A DNA stretch of 64,000 bases. Source: Schmidtea polychroa. Taxonomy: Eukaryota. Each line of letters begins with the position of its first letter. Position 1 is the first letter of the stretch. Shown in pieces: positions 1-14,300 of the stretch. The stretch lies in NCBI GenBank assembly GCA_044892525.1, contig CM097888.1, positions 65,534,001 through 65,598,000 of the forward strand, written 5' to 3'. Below the pieces are notes generated by a model. The model made no database searches. It was not told where the DNA came from and worked only from the letters and a program-made list of their open reading frames with translations. A program made the position numbers and the translations under genes.

Positions 1-165
1 AAGTTGAATTTGTTATAATTTTTTAGTACAGAATATTTTATAGTGCTATTTGGTGATTTATATAAAATTTTCTCTAAGTTATAATTTTATGGTAAGCGAA
101 TTTTACGTATTTTAAACATTTTTTTTACAGAGGTATTGTTTTAAAATTTAGCTAAAATAAATTAA

Positions 166-1095
166 ATGGAAGGGCGTAAAAATAGTGGTTATCAAAGTAG
201 AAAATTAGCAAAAGAAAAACAAAGAAAGTTCGATAAAATCATTGAAAAAAACAACTAAACTAGATGGATTTTTAATTAAAAAGCCCGAAACCGTAGTTCA
301 AGAACAGGTAAGCAATTGTGTTTCGATTGTGGAAATACATAACGAAACTACCACAGATGTGTCATCACTTGATATTCAAACATTTAATGATTTAGAACAA
401 AACAAACACTCTGACACAAATAATTTAGAACAAAACACTGACACATCTGCTAATTGTTCAAAAATGGTAAATCTGTCCGAAAATCATACAAACATTCAAA
501 TAAACCTTGATCCTGCTACATGGAAACGGTGTGATGACTCTACTATTACATGTTTATGTAATCAAAATAATTCCATTAGTCAAAACATCCCTACAGATTT
601 CTCGTCAACAAAGAAGGTTTATACCGACAAAATAGCAAGATATTTAAATGAAAGTGGTTTTAAAAGAAAATTGCAAAATGATGAATTTATACGTCGAAAT
701 TATCTAATATATTCTGAAAGTAACAAATCAATTTATTGTGCTCCTTGTCGATTGCTAGGAGGTGGCGAATTAGCACTGGCAACAACAGGTTATTCTGATT
801 GAAAAAATGTAAGAGAATAAGGACAAAATACATCACAACACAGACAGTTAGAAACAGTTTTAAAGCAGCGATTATTAGGAGACTGCGTCAAATGTGAATG
901 AACTATTAAATTCAGAAACTCTAAAGGAAAAAAATTATTGTATTCAGGTAGACAAACGGGTTGTGTGTATTATACGAAAACTTGCTAGCCGAGCAATTTT
1001 TTATTGGCCGTGGAATTAGTTGCCAAATTTGACCCGTTTTTAGCTGCGCATATTGAAAAATATGGAAATTCAGGAAAAGGAGGTACATCATATAA
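166..1095 (+). pseudogene. Truncated hAT transposase (ZMYM1-like, TTF zinc finger plus DUF4371-type segment)
   Basis: ORF 242-802 ends in YLIYSESNKSIYCAPCRLL...ATTGYSD, with TGA where W is expected. Downstream reads ELVAKFDPFLAAHIEKYGNSGKGGTSY. Frameshift near 240, truncated about 1095, no TIR found. Confidence 0.75.
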
Positions 1096-2396
1096 TTGGT
1101 CATCAAAACGAAGTAAAAATTACCAAATAAAAATTTTGTTTACCTACCTGTAGAGATAAACTTAATAATATCAGTGGTAGTCAAATAACGACCATGGGTC
1201 TTAAAGGTAACTAAATAAATTAATATCATGGACATAAAAAATATAAACAATAGAATCGTCATCTGACTAATATGGGTGCTAATGGGTTAATATCTTATTT
1301 GATTTAATAAAAAGTTCATTGAATCTAATTAATAAATAAAAAATTATTTTACAATGGCACATTAAACTAAATACACTAAGATACACATAAATTATCGTTA
1401 ATAACTTATTGAATTTATCGAATATTCAAAATTTAATTATTTGTTATTATTCTCCTCTGTCCCACCAATAAATACCCCTATATTATGCAGTCTGTATTTA
1501 GTACAAAAACCCTGAGACCGAAAATCCCTCTTCAATATAGTGTGATATTCACATTGGCATAATCATTGTAGATCCCCGTAGTCGTGGCTTTTTAGCAAGG
1601 GCCAAAATCTGCCATGTGTCACTATCTACCTACTAATAATGAAATGTTAAATAAAATCACTTACAAACAGTAATATTCAATTTAATTTATCCGAATTCAC
1701 AACGTATACACCATCGATTTCCACATTTTTCCAAATTTTAGCCGAACCCCTTGAAATTTCGAATAAAATTTTAATTTGGAACTGTTCAGAAATTATGTAA
1801 TTATGAATTTCGCTTTTTTATGAAAGACACTCTTTAGAAACGCTCGAATATATCCGCTGAAGCGGGATAATCGGGACGTCTGACAAGCCAACTATCATGT
1901 CTCTATCAACCACGACATAAGATATTAATTAATTTATTCTAATGTTAGCTATAACTCTAAAGAATTCTTGGATGAAATTTATTGAATTTTTATAAAAATT
2001 TAATAGAATTAAATAAAGATTTTTTGTTGGATACTTAATACGTTTCTAAAATATTATGGGGAGAGAGCAGTTTAATGGAGACTTTTTTAAATGTTGTTCT
2101 TCACATTAAATTACTCTATTGTGCGATTCATAGAAGCTCACTATAAAATAATTTTGTTTTTAGGTAATTTTGGTAAGTAGAAGGGTAGAAGAGCAATTTC
2201 ATGTACTCTGATTTCGAATAAAATGATTAATAATAAAAATAATCAGTGTTTAAAATCGAATCTTTAAAATAAATTAAATAAACTCTTAAAGTATATTACT
2301 GAATCAAATGTTTTATTTAAATAGTATTTTAAAACTTGGTAGTGATTTAATGTGTACCTTTTTTTGAACTTATTTTATTATAATATAAAATTTTAG

Positions 2397-5300
2397 GTTT
2401 TAAAAGTTCCTCTATACTGGAAGCATTTAATATTTTTGAATTCTGGAGGCAACGAAACTAATTTATGCATTTATAGAGAAAATCTGGTATCCATGTGGCA
2501 AAAGTATTAAATAATTTGTGACTAGCATTCTTTCAATTTCAAAATTTTAGAATTGCCGCTGTCAACCACAGTGATGCTTCCAAATTATTTTCTCTTTTGA
2601 CTCAAGATAAAAAAGGTTTTATCGAACCTCCAGATTTTTATCCGTTAGTACAGGTAAATATTAAATGTGTTGAATATATATTTCAAAATTTTTAAATGGC
2701 TGACAGTTAATTTCTAATTTAAAAGAATATGAATTTTGTCCTTGTGTATTCAAATTTCTAAAATTTAATCTCTGTTTAATCAACACGAGGTTTATGTTAG
2801 TTAAATTATTTCAGAAAAACTATTGTACTAACAAGTTATTTTATAAATCATAAGGTATTATAACTATTTTGGTCATTTCGTGGTATTCATGGCATTGAAC
2901 TGGTTTAGTTTATTTTTAAATATTTATTTTTTGGTATAAAAATAATTATGCGCAAATCAAGCTATATCGAAGATAAAAATAAAGCATTTTAAAAACGATG
3001 GGAAAGTGAATAATTTATCAAAAATAAGGCAAAATATTCATTTCTTGATAGTTATTATTTTCTACCAGAATAACAATTGTGAATAAACAAGGTAATTTTC
3101 AACAAGAGCTATGCGATCTACATTGATAATAATGAAATAAAATTTAGAATTTATTTATTTCCTGTAAATAATAAAGAAATTAATTTAACAAATGCTTCTA
3201 CGGGTAAAGAGTCACTGTCTGCAGTACTACAAATTTTAACTATCTTCACCACATTCCAACGTTTTATAGAATAAAAGTGTTCATATCTAAATTATCAAAG
3301 CATAAATAATTAATAAATTAATTAAAATAATTTGATAAATAAATAGAACATGAAAAGGAATATGATCAATGATAATTGAGAAGTATAGTATGTAAAAGGA
3401 AGTAGCGGATCAAATTGGTCATAACGAGGACCTCAAAATCAGATTAGAAAAAAAATAAAAATGTTTTTCTGAATCAATTTCCTTTTTTGTTATCACACAT
3501 ATAAAAATATCAACATATGTAAAACAACTTTCTCCATGTTTACATTCCAAGTTAAACAAGGTTTATGTAAAACAAAATTATCTAAATTTTGGTACTTTTT
3601 AAAAAAAATTTACTTTTTTCAAATAATTTCAACATTCAATTTTAACATACCACAACATTTAAATAATAAAATATAAATTCTGTAAATATGAATAGTTTAT
3701 ATAAATACATATTACAAATACAAATACTCGAGAAAGCAATTTACCTAAATCTCGTTTGACTTGCGGTGGAAACGTGGCATTAGAGTGTTCAGCTAAAGAA
3801 ACTGGGAAATAATGAAAATAACAATTTTTTATATTCACTTTCTGGCTTTATTTTTTGTAAATTCTTCTTTTACTTTATCTGTATTAATGTGATTAAGAAT
3901 ATCTTTCTCTATATACAAAATCGGCTTTTCATTCAATCTATCTTCCCATAGTGCTTCTTAAGTAATTTTTCATGCGTTTCAGGACAGTAAACGATCTTTC
4001 TCCCGAATCATTAGATAATGGAATTGTTCTAAATTTTTTAATAATACTTCAATATTTGGAGATGTACATAACATTTCTTTTGTGGCTTTATGGATTTCTT
4101 ATATAGTTTTTATGGTGTCCTTGTTTTCCTTGAGAAACAACAAAAACTGTTCAAATTCATCTTTGAATATATCAATGAACATTAATGTAATATATGTAAA
4201 TATTCATCAAATTTTTTATTGCTTTCTGTTTTTGTTCTTTAGACATTTCTGAACCAAAAATATTTTGAAAAGCCCTACAATCACTTCATATAATTCTTAG
4301 AGATAGTTCTGATTTTAAGTTATCACATAAAACATAAAACGAGTTTACTATGAAATTTTGTTTTCTTGTAAAGTTATGGCCAACATCTTCATTTTCATCA
4401 AAAAATAGTTTTCACTTTTGTCGTCTGAATAATTGGTCCTCTCCTACATTGAATGAAAGATTTGATAATTCATTTGCTTCATTTTTCAAATTTCTCAAAA
4501 TTTTGCCTGAAGTTATCGATAAAGATTTCCAAAGATCTTAATAATATGGATTCTTTCATTAAACCACATTCTTTAATTGTAGTAATTTGTTCGTAGCATG
4601 AATCCTTTATAGAATTGTGTTCCATACTACTCACTAAAACCATTTCATACTTGTCTATTTTTTTTAGTAATTTCACTTCTAACACAGTGAATATTTTTTC
4701 CTCTTTTGAATTGGAAATTTCATTTAACACTTCCTTTATGTTGCTGTAACCAAGTTTCATAGCCAATACAGCATCTACCATTGCTGACTATTTTATAACT
4801 GAAATCCTTTTAACTGAGATGGTTCACTTAATTCTAATATTCTTTCCAAAATTTTTCAGCTACTGATAGTTGATGAAAAAAGTGTAAATAAATTTTGTAC
4901 TAACATAGAATAGTCTTTATCGTCTTTATATTATGTAAAATGCATAAAACTTTCGTTATCGGCTCGGATAAAAAAATCCATCGAAAACGTGTAGTAGCGA
5001 AACAGTAACAGGGTTATCCAGCGAAGAACGCCGTACATAGAAGATATAAATGAAAAGGTGGAAAATAAAAATAACCTAGTAAAAACATTTAAGATGTCAT
5101 TAAGAAAAAAAACAAAAAAAAATTTGATAAATTTAAAATTTTTTTACTATCTGTTTTTCAAAAATCACGTTTCTAAAATTGAATGCAGGAGTTATAAAAT
5201 AATTTTTATGAAAATAATTTAATACAATAGGCCATTTTGGGGGTTCTAAGCCTCCGCGACCGCTTAGTCCGCTTACAGTATAATTTACCATTGGGATCAG

Positions 5301-8300
5301 TTTAAAAAGATATAAAAGGAAGGTTTTATTAATTAAGGAAATTGAAAAACTGAATACCGCAAACAAAAACAAATTTGTTTTCATGGAACCTGGTAGATGA
5401 AAAATGTAGCAACTGTGAAACAAATGTAGTAGTGAAAAATAAAATGATTATTTTTATTGCTTTTACATGGGTTTTTCACAAATCTTAACTGAATTCGCTG
5501 GGCACTCAGAATACTGATAAATGATGATGGGAAGTGTATAATTAACTAACTAGGAGAACGAATCAAAAACAAAGTGACAGGAATTGAATTTTGGAAAAGT
5601 GAGTTGACGAAAATTTAAAGGATCAGATTATGTTAATGAAATTGTTGACCGATAAAATTAAGAGTTGATAAAGAAATTGAATTTATTTGAGAATAAAATA
5701 GAAAAATAAAATCATGAAGCCAACACTATGGAAACATTAAATTAAATTATGCCGAAAATTTTTTAACCGGAAATAATAGTAAAATGTTTTTAAATATATT
5801 TGAGTTTAACTTAAAGTCTTATTCTACATGTTTTTCAATAATGTTTTAATAATTCTGTGAAATTTTGACCAAAACAGTGAATATTCCACTTGTATTTTAA
5901 CTGTTGAATATTTTAACTTTCAAAACAAGAGATATTTGTTACTTGTGTAAGAAAAGAGTTATAGATAAGGTCAGGGAATAAATTGGTGTTGCATATAAAA
6001 GATATAATATTTTGGGGAAAATCAATAAATTTATAACCGCTGTGTTTCATAATTTGAAGGGGATATAATATTCATCATATTCTCAAGTATGGCTTTAATC
6101 GATTTCCTGATTGGAGTTTAAGTTGTATTCCACTTACTAGTGAAAATATTTTATTATTTAATATATGCGCTGGCTGAACTTCAATAAGACTTATTGGCTC
6201 TGCAGTACTAGTTAGGTAAAACAGTCAAAATATTAAATGTCTTACACATCACAAAATCGGAATCTAATAGAATTACAATGGCATCGAAGAGAATATTTCC
6301 ATATAATTACATCACAAACCGAGTTTTGGAAAAAACTACAAATTTGCCACCACTCTGGAAAGATATTACAGAAAACGAATATAGAAAGACTCAGAAAATG
6401 TAACAAGATACTGGATGTGAAAATTTGATGGATTATCAGTTAATATATTTAAAATTAGATGCAGGGGCGTAGCCAAAAATTCCTGAGGGGGGTGCCCAAA
6501 AAAAATTTTTTTTGAACCACAAAAACTGTTAAAATTTTAACATTTATTTCAAAAATTTTAGCTTTTACATAATCCATACATTTATTTTGATTCTACGGGC
6601 AGATTTTGACATTTCAATCAAAACTTCTTCGATCTCAATTGACTCATCTCTATAAATATTTAATAAAACTAATCCATTTAATCGATCCTCATTCATAGTA
6701 GCACGGTCAAAAGTTTTGATTAAATTTAATTTGCTAAAGCTTCTTTCAAGCGTACAATTTGTAACCGGAAGGGCTACTAGTATCAAAAGCAACTTTAAAA
6801 CGTTTGGAAAAAATTTACTATTACAAGACTTGATATGATCGATTATTGAATTCGGTTTTTCAACAAGGTTTGATAATCTTAAATTCCATATTTTAATTTC
6901 TGCCCTTAATTGAGTTGCTGAAGCATGCAAGTAGTCACCATAAAAGTCCAAAATATCATCAACAGCTTTCGCAATTTCTTCTTCAACAATAATGTTGTGG
7001 TTAGTAATTATTCGAAATCCTGTCAAAATTTCTTTATGCTTTTGAAATCTTTCCTCAAGTTCGCTGCAGAAATTATTAATAAGCGGTTTGAATAAAATAT
7101 TTTGATAATATTCTTTTGTGCTTAAAATAACCATAAGTGGTCTACCACAAAATCTCGATTTTCGAATATCAATTTCATATTTTTCAGCAATTTTTGTTGC
7201 ATTTGAATATATCGCATCAAACTTGTTTGATAAATCTCCCTCAATTTCCTTGAATGTGTCAATAATATCATATGATACTTCTATAGCTTGTGTTATGTCG
7301 ATCGAAACTGATTGTAAATATCTGCTAAGTCCTACAGTGATGCTCAGTGTATAGTCAAGTGACAATAAAGACATTATAAATTCTAATGTAAGAATCGTAT
7401 TTAAGAATCCAATTGCTAAATGTGAAGGATCATCATTCCATTCAACAATGATCTGTAAGCCAGACACAACTCCATCGAAAAGTTCAGTGAAAGTTGCAGT
7501 TGTTTGATGGCGTTCTATAAATCACGTAGGACATATATTTTTTAACTTCTTTTTGTGCTTTCTGGAGATTTTTCTGCAATGCTTTCTAAAAGAACTTGCT
7601 GACACTTTGGTGTATTAAAAAGTTGAAAATTTGCTTAATTGTCTCAGTACAGCTTTTAAGTAAGACAATATAGCACGAATGTGTCAATGCCAAATTAAAA
7701 CAGTGACTCATGCAATGAATGTAGATAGCACTTGGAAAACTATTTCTAATTCTTCTTGCAACGCCTGATTTCTCTGCTGCCATAACAGCCGCTCCATCAT
7801 ATCTCTGACTGGCACAGAAGCTTAAATCTACATAAAGTTTTTAAAGTTTCATTATCTCTGATGATATTCCATCGGCGGTTTTATCGATTATTGGAACAAA
7901 TTTTAAAAAGTCTTCATTGATTTCAAGCTTATCGAAATCGAAGTAACGCACTCCAATAGCCAACTGTTCTTTGTTAGCTCTATACGAAGTTTCATCAGCG
8001 TAAATTTAGAAAAATGAAGACTTTTTAATTTAGCTATTCGACGTTTGATAATAATTTTTTCAATTATTGAGATGATTTCGTTTTAAATCGTAGGACTCAG
8101 ATAATTTGCATTTTTTGGAGCATTTTGTGCTAGTTCGTTAAATTCCTTATCCGAATGTGCTCACCATTGAAGGAGGGCTCGTAAATTTCCATCATTTACA
8201 CTGTTATCTCTTGAAAGTAATGAGCCTGAATCATATTTTTCACGCAACGAAATGTTTTGACGACCACATAAAATAATAGATTCTATGATTGGATATAACA

Positions 8301-11300
8301 ATAAGTGATTCTTCTGCTTTTCCAAATTCAATTCTTTTTTAATTATCATATTAATTGGTTGAGTTTTTCCTTCCGATATAGAGCTTAGAGATGTCACAAT
8401 AACTAAGTTTTCAGATGAGAAGCAATGCTTTGATGATGTGTAAAATTTTCTGAACTTTTATGCCAATTTTTGAAACCCACCGAAACCAAATTTCGATCTT
8501 GCTCGCGTTCAAAAAAGTAGCAAAATTTACAAAAACCACTATCTCTAGATTTTGAATAAGCCAACCATGGAAAAGTTTTAAACCAAGTCCACTGAAATTT
8601 TTGGTTCTTTCCGTGTATAGTTGTCTGTGGATAGTTGTATCAATAATCCGGATTTTCGATCATATTGATTGCATTAATCTTTTCATCATCGCTCAGTGAT
8701 GTAACATTTTGATAAAATCTAATGTCACCTGATAGTACATTACTTGATCGATTCGATGTCTCATAAGTTGACGGTAGACTTTGAGTTGTATCTCCAGTTT
8801 CTGCTTGAATAGGTTTTTCTGATTTTGGCTCATTCGCGACGTAACTATTGTCATTATTATTGTACTCATCAATTCCATCCGCTGTCTTTATTTCTCTTTT
8901 TTCTTTATTTCTCTTCATTTTATTTCTAGAATATATTAAGTTATTCTTTACATGAACGTTTAAAAATGATTTGATTCGATTTACTTACCTTAATTAATGA
9001 TCAATTCAATTAAATCAATTTAATTGGTTGAATTTATATTTTAAAAAATTTATAAACAATATGTTTAATTCAAAAAGATTAAAACCGTTAAAACTTGTAT
9101 TAAATATCAATCAAGAGGGGGGTGGCCAGGCATCTAAGGACCCCCTGGCTACGCCCCTGATTAAATGTCTTTCTCTTGACTGATTTCTTCCAGCAGTTTC
9201 TATTCAAGTCCTTATCTTATAACCGATTAGAATTGCCTAAAATTAATGAAATTCTTGATATGTCATAGCCATCAATCCTTTAGATGAACCCATTGATTTA
9301 TTACAAAAAATTGAGATGTTCAACTTCTATGAAGGAGGAATTCGAGGGGGTTTGAAATTTGTAAATAAGCACTATGTTAAATCAAATGAGCGTACAGAGT
9401 CATTATACAATGACATCAATAACCTATATGATTGGGCTTTAAGTCACATCTTATCATGTGAAAATAATAGTTGGATTAAAAATTCTTTTATATGGTTATA
9501 CTGTGGAAGTTGACCTAGAAATCCTAAAATCTATTCATAATTTCTAGGATGATTTACCTGTTGCCAAGACCAGATTTGGCTAACTGGTGCCCTGAGGCCA
9601 AAATAACTGTAATTTTTCTAAAAACAATATTACTTAGAGTTTCAAATGAGATTTTTTTTTTCAAATTTCCGATTTTTTTAAAAATTTTTCGTATACAGAA
9701 AACCAGTATCTTTTTTCTTTTTTGCCCCATTTTGCTTGGTGCCCTGAGGCGATGACCTCAGTTGGCCTAATAGTATATCCAGCCCTGTCTGTAGCCACAA
9801 ATAAAATGTCTTCTCCCGAGTCTTAAGTAAAAATATTAATGTTGACATACTATCCACAGAAGAATTATGTAATTCATTGGAAATTACTTCAAAAGTTTAT
9901 GTTATTAGGTGTAAGAGTATTCAATATATTAGAGCCGTTAAATTTAAACAGGCTGCTATTTTCAGGAATTATATTGATTCTAACAAAAAGCTAAGAGCAG
10001 ACTCAAATAATACCTCTTTTAGTCGCTGCCTTATGACATAAAAATCATATTTGTTTGAATAGATCAAATCATATTGATTAATCAATTTTGGATTTATCGA
10101 AACTTCTGATTTATCTTTTACAATATCAGGAATTAGCTAAATATCGGTCAAAATTTAATTGTTGCCAGAGATAGTGATTCCTTCTTTATGGATATGTAAA
10201 AATATCAGATTGGATACATTAATACCAGCAAAAGTTAATATATCGAATTATCTTACAGATTATTCACTCTTTTCAAGGCAATGGAATCCAGTTATCGGGA
10301 AATTCATGGATGAAAGTAAAGTAAAGGGATGCGAAGAACATATCCTTTTACAGCCAGAATTTTAATGTCTGTGAGTAACAAAGAACCGATGAAGGCTATG
10401 GAAATAACAATGAAGAGTACTGATATAAAACATTAATTGTAACTAGATTGTTACGAAAAATAAAATGTTTACAGTACCACAATATCGAATTGGTAATAAA
10501 AACCATCAGTAATTTATTTCAAGGAGTCAAAAGTTACTTTTACAAAAGTAGATGATAAGAGCAACTTGATTGTAAAAAATTAAATGCATGCATATGGACT
10601 CTTGCGATAACAAAATGAAAACAATCTACGAAAAAGATAATTTGTGATAACAATTAATTTTTACAAATTGGATTTTATGAGAAATTTATTTATGGTTATA
10701 TTAACAAAAATTTTATTATTTTAATTTTATTAATAACTAAAAGTCACTGGTTCAATAAATTTATATTTTCACTTCTAATTTGTTTAATCATGAAGTAGAA
10801 TAATTTACCAAATTCCATAAATGAAATGATGAAAAGTTTAATTGAAAATTATTTTACACACATAACATAGTAAAATGATATTCTAGTAGTTGAACTAATA
10901 TTTAATTCAGGATGTTTTAGAAAGTCATCCGGGCTTGACATTTTTGCTCTCTGCCCGAGATTTTCACTCTCGATACATTGCTACAGTTGTATATAGAATA
11001 TTTTTCGGTATCAATTCATCATGGTCGGGTAAAATCACTTTGCAAGAATTGGAAAAATCCGATATATTATTAGTATTGGAATCATTAGAAACAACAGACG
11101 ATATCAACACAATTACACAGTATTTCTCATATGAACATTTCTACGTTATTTATTGCAAATTCTGGGAATTGGACGAAGATCACGATTTGGTCATTAGTAA
11201 GGCAGATTTAGCTCGGCATAACAATTATGGTATTTTTTTAAATATAAATAAATTTAAATGTCATTATAAAACAAAAATTTTGAATTTGTTTTCAGAATTC

Positions 11301-14300
11301 ATCAAAAAATTTTTTATTTATTTTAAAATATATAAATAACTATAATTTTAATGTTCACAAAATAAAGAAAACGATTTTTTTATTAAGTCCTTAAACAAGT
11401 TTGTAACCTATTTGTTTATTTAGTAATACAGAATTCATTTAGGAGATTTTTTTAAGAAATTTTTTTAACAATACGAAATGTAATTTATAATGACGTTAGT
11501 GAGATATATAACTTCGTGATTCAATGCTTCTTCACCTTATCAGAGTTTGACACAAAATTCTCACTGTATGAAATAAAATAAAACTCTTCCTTTATACATA
11601 TGGTGCAAATCATGTTAATTAGACCTGGCTTTAATTGTGTTTTTTCAACAAATGCTTGTGGTTTTTATTTCTTAAATAGTTCCAAGGCCCAAAATAAGTT
11701 GTCGATATAATACTTGCTAAATCTTTAATGACTTTGGTTGTTTAAACTTTGCTAACTTTAAAAAAATTGAAATTTTAAGTTACCTAAAAGACATAGGATT
11801 AAAAACCGCCCATGAATTGATAGATATGTAGACTCGATTCAAGGTCGAAAGCCCCGTTTTCTGCGATACTCCCTTATAAAATTTGGTTTTTATTGATGTT
11901 TTCGTAATATTAAAAAAGTTTATGCAAACCTCCAAATTTTTTTTATTTTCAAGTTTGGTTTTAATCGATGATTACTTTTAACGCCTTTATACTTGAAAAT
12001 TAATTTCCTGTTTTAATGAAGTGATTAAGCCCATACCATTTTGACAACATACATACGCGAATCATAACCTTTGTTTGTGTTACACATGGTTTTTTTGTGT
12101 AATATAAATACAGAGGTTATGAATTACTATTAAAATAAAAAAATTATAAAGCATTTCATTTAAACAAATAAAATGAAAATATTAATTACTTCACTAAAAG
12201 AAAATATTGGAAAAAATACCCTACCCTGTCTGGAAATAAATTCCTTTTGGCCCCAAAGTCGTGATTATCTGGGATTTATGATTTGGCACATTGCTCATTC
12301 CTACTTCCATAAATGACGTCTCTTAATTTTAGCCCATTTTTGACACCTTCTCGTCACATCGTCACAAAAAGTTATTCTCCCCAAATATTATATGATAAAG
12401 ATTTGTATCCACTTCAACATATTCTCAATTTGGAAATTATCGTAATTATTAACTGCTTGTCACTGCGGTATTTATTTTTTAATATGGAGATGTTACTGAC
12501 AATAAGTTTAAAATGAATATTATAATTTGAGGGAGGTCTTGGGAAGCTGAAATTATTATAAAATTCTTTTTAAAATATTCTTTATCTAGACTAAAATGCG
12601 GATGTTCAGAATGTTATTATTTAAATTCTCTTCTAATTATTAATTAACGTATTTATTACTATAATAAACTTGAAATTGTATTGTAGAACAACAATAAAAC
12701 GAAGGCTCCTGGCGTGGTCGCCAATGTTATGATTTGACATAATGAGATAACAAAATTCAAAAATCTATTTTATAACAAGTTTTAATATTTTAATAAAAAT
12801 TAATATTTTGTTAAATGGTTTTGTGTGATTAATGCTTTTCTAATCACAACAGGTATAATTATATTAAATAATCATTATGCAATAATGTATATGCAATAAA
12901 GTGAAAAGTCGTAGTAATAATATTACATTGTTCTTTCAAAATTATGTACACAAAATTTTGTTTTTAATAGATTTAACAATTTGCTCAATTTTGGATTGTT
13001 TTAATCAACAGGCAACTAAACTAAATTGGATTATATGAAATGACATTTTGAAAATACCGTATGTTCCTAGAATAGGGATTCTAAAGCTTTTTCCTACTGG
13101 AACCCACTGTTCAAAGTGGAAACCTTTAGCAACCCACACTTTGAGAAACTTTGTTCTAGACAGTCCTAGACGACTCGCATAATACTAAAAAATAAATATT
13201 TTCAAAAAATTATATATTTTTCTGATTCAAATTTTATTTGTTTATTCAGCCATCATATTTTTTTATGTCGAATTTTATATTTAAAAATAATTTAATCAAA
13301 CTTACTAAATATTTTGTACTTATTAACATGTTTTAATTTAGAAGTCATTTTAAATTTATATCGAAAATTGTATTTTATTAATTTTAAAATGTTAATCTAA
13401 CTCCAATCATTTGTATAATTTTATTCTTTGTAGCTGTCTCCGAACGAATGGTTGAAAGAATATTCAGTGGAGCTGTGACGAAGTAAAATAGATTGTCTAT
13501 ATTTTATTTAAATTAGTAAACACTTCAGAAGTCGCGCTCGAACAGAGGGCCTTATGACATACACGGAATTTGTATGGTTTTTGTTATCAGAAGAAGATAA
13601 AAAACACCCTCGAAGGTATTTATTGAAGTTTGTCAAAGTATTTGATTTTCATGTATTATCATTGCAATTTAACATGTTCATAAATCTTTAAATAATTTTA
13701 AACTTTCATTTTATATATTAGAGGTTTTACAATGTTTTCCCTGAGATATCCTCAGTTCATTGTCAACATATATTAATGTAATCTAATCAGTGGTGCTACA
13801 ACGCAATTTGGCACCAGGATCAATAGCCAAAACCTTATTTTCGAAGTTATTGGTCAATTGTAAAAATATTATTTTTTATGACCGCGTAATTCGAAGGATT
13901 GGTGTATAAGAAAAAAATCAATAATATTATATTTCAAACATACAAACTCACTTTGATATTCTCATAAATAGAGAAATGAGATACGCTATACACTATAGAA
14001 ATCGAAAAGTGGTAGAAAAATTAAATACTGCACATAAACACAACACATACTAAAAAATACATGCAAACTTTCGATATATAGAAACTTGCCGTTGAGATAC
14101 GTTTCTATAATAACTTTATTTCAGACAATTTTGAGGGGGAAAATCGTTGAAAATTGTTTTAAATCTTTTTATAAAGAAACTACTTTAAGTTGTCATGAAA
14201 ATAATGAAATATTATTTATTTTTAAGTTAATTATTCTTTAGAATTTCAGTTCTTTCTATCATAACTTTCTTTAATTAATTAAAATTTAAAATTTATCTAA

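Larger units (their letters stand above)
5950..10605 (+). mobile_element. Decayed protein-primed family B DNA polymerase (Polinton/Maverick/adintovirus-type), interrupted by two hAT insertions
   Basis: Collinear motifs: VFHNLKG (6042), KRIFPYNY..LPP (about 6290), YLKLD|VFLLTDFF (across the 6462-9159 insert), EGGIRGG (9331), DINNLY, DDLPVA (across the 9565-9787 insert), YVIH, ILDLSKL, IGKFMDE, DDK..HAYG (about 10550-10600). Many stops and frameshifts. Confidence 0.85.
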
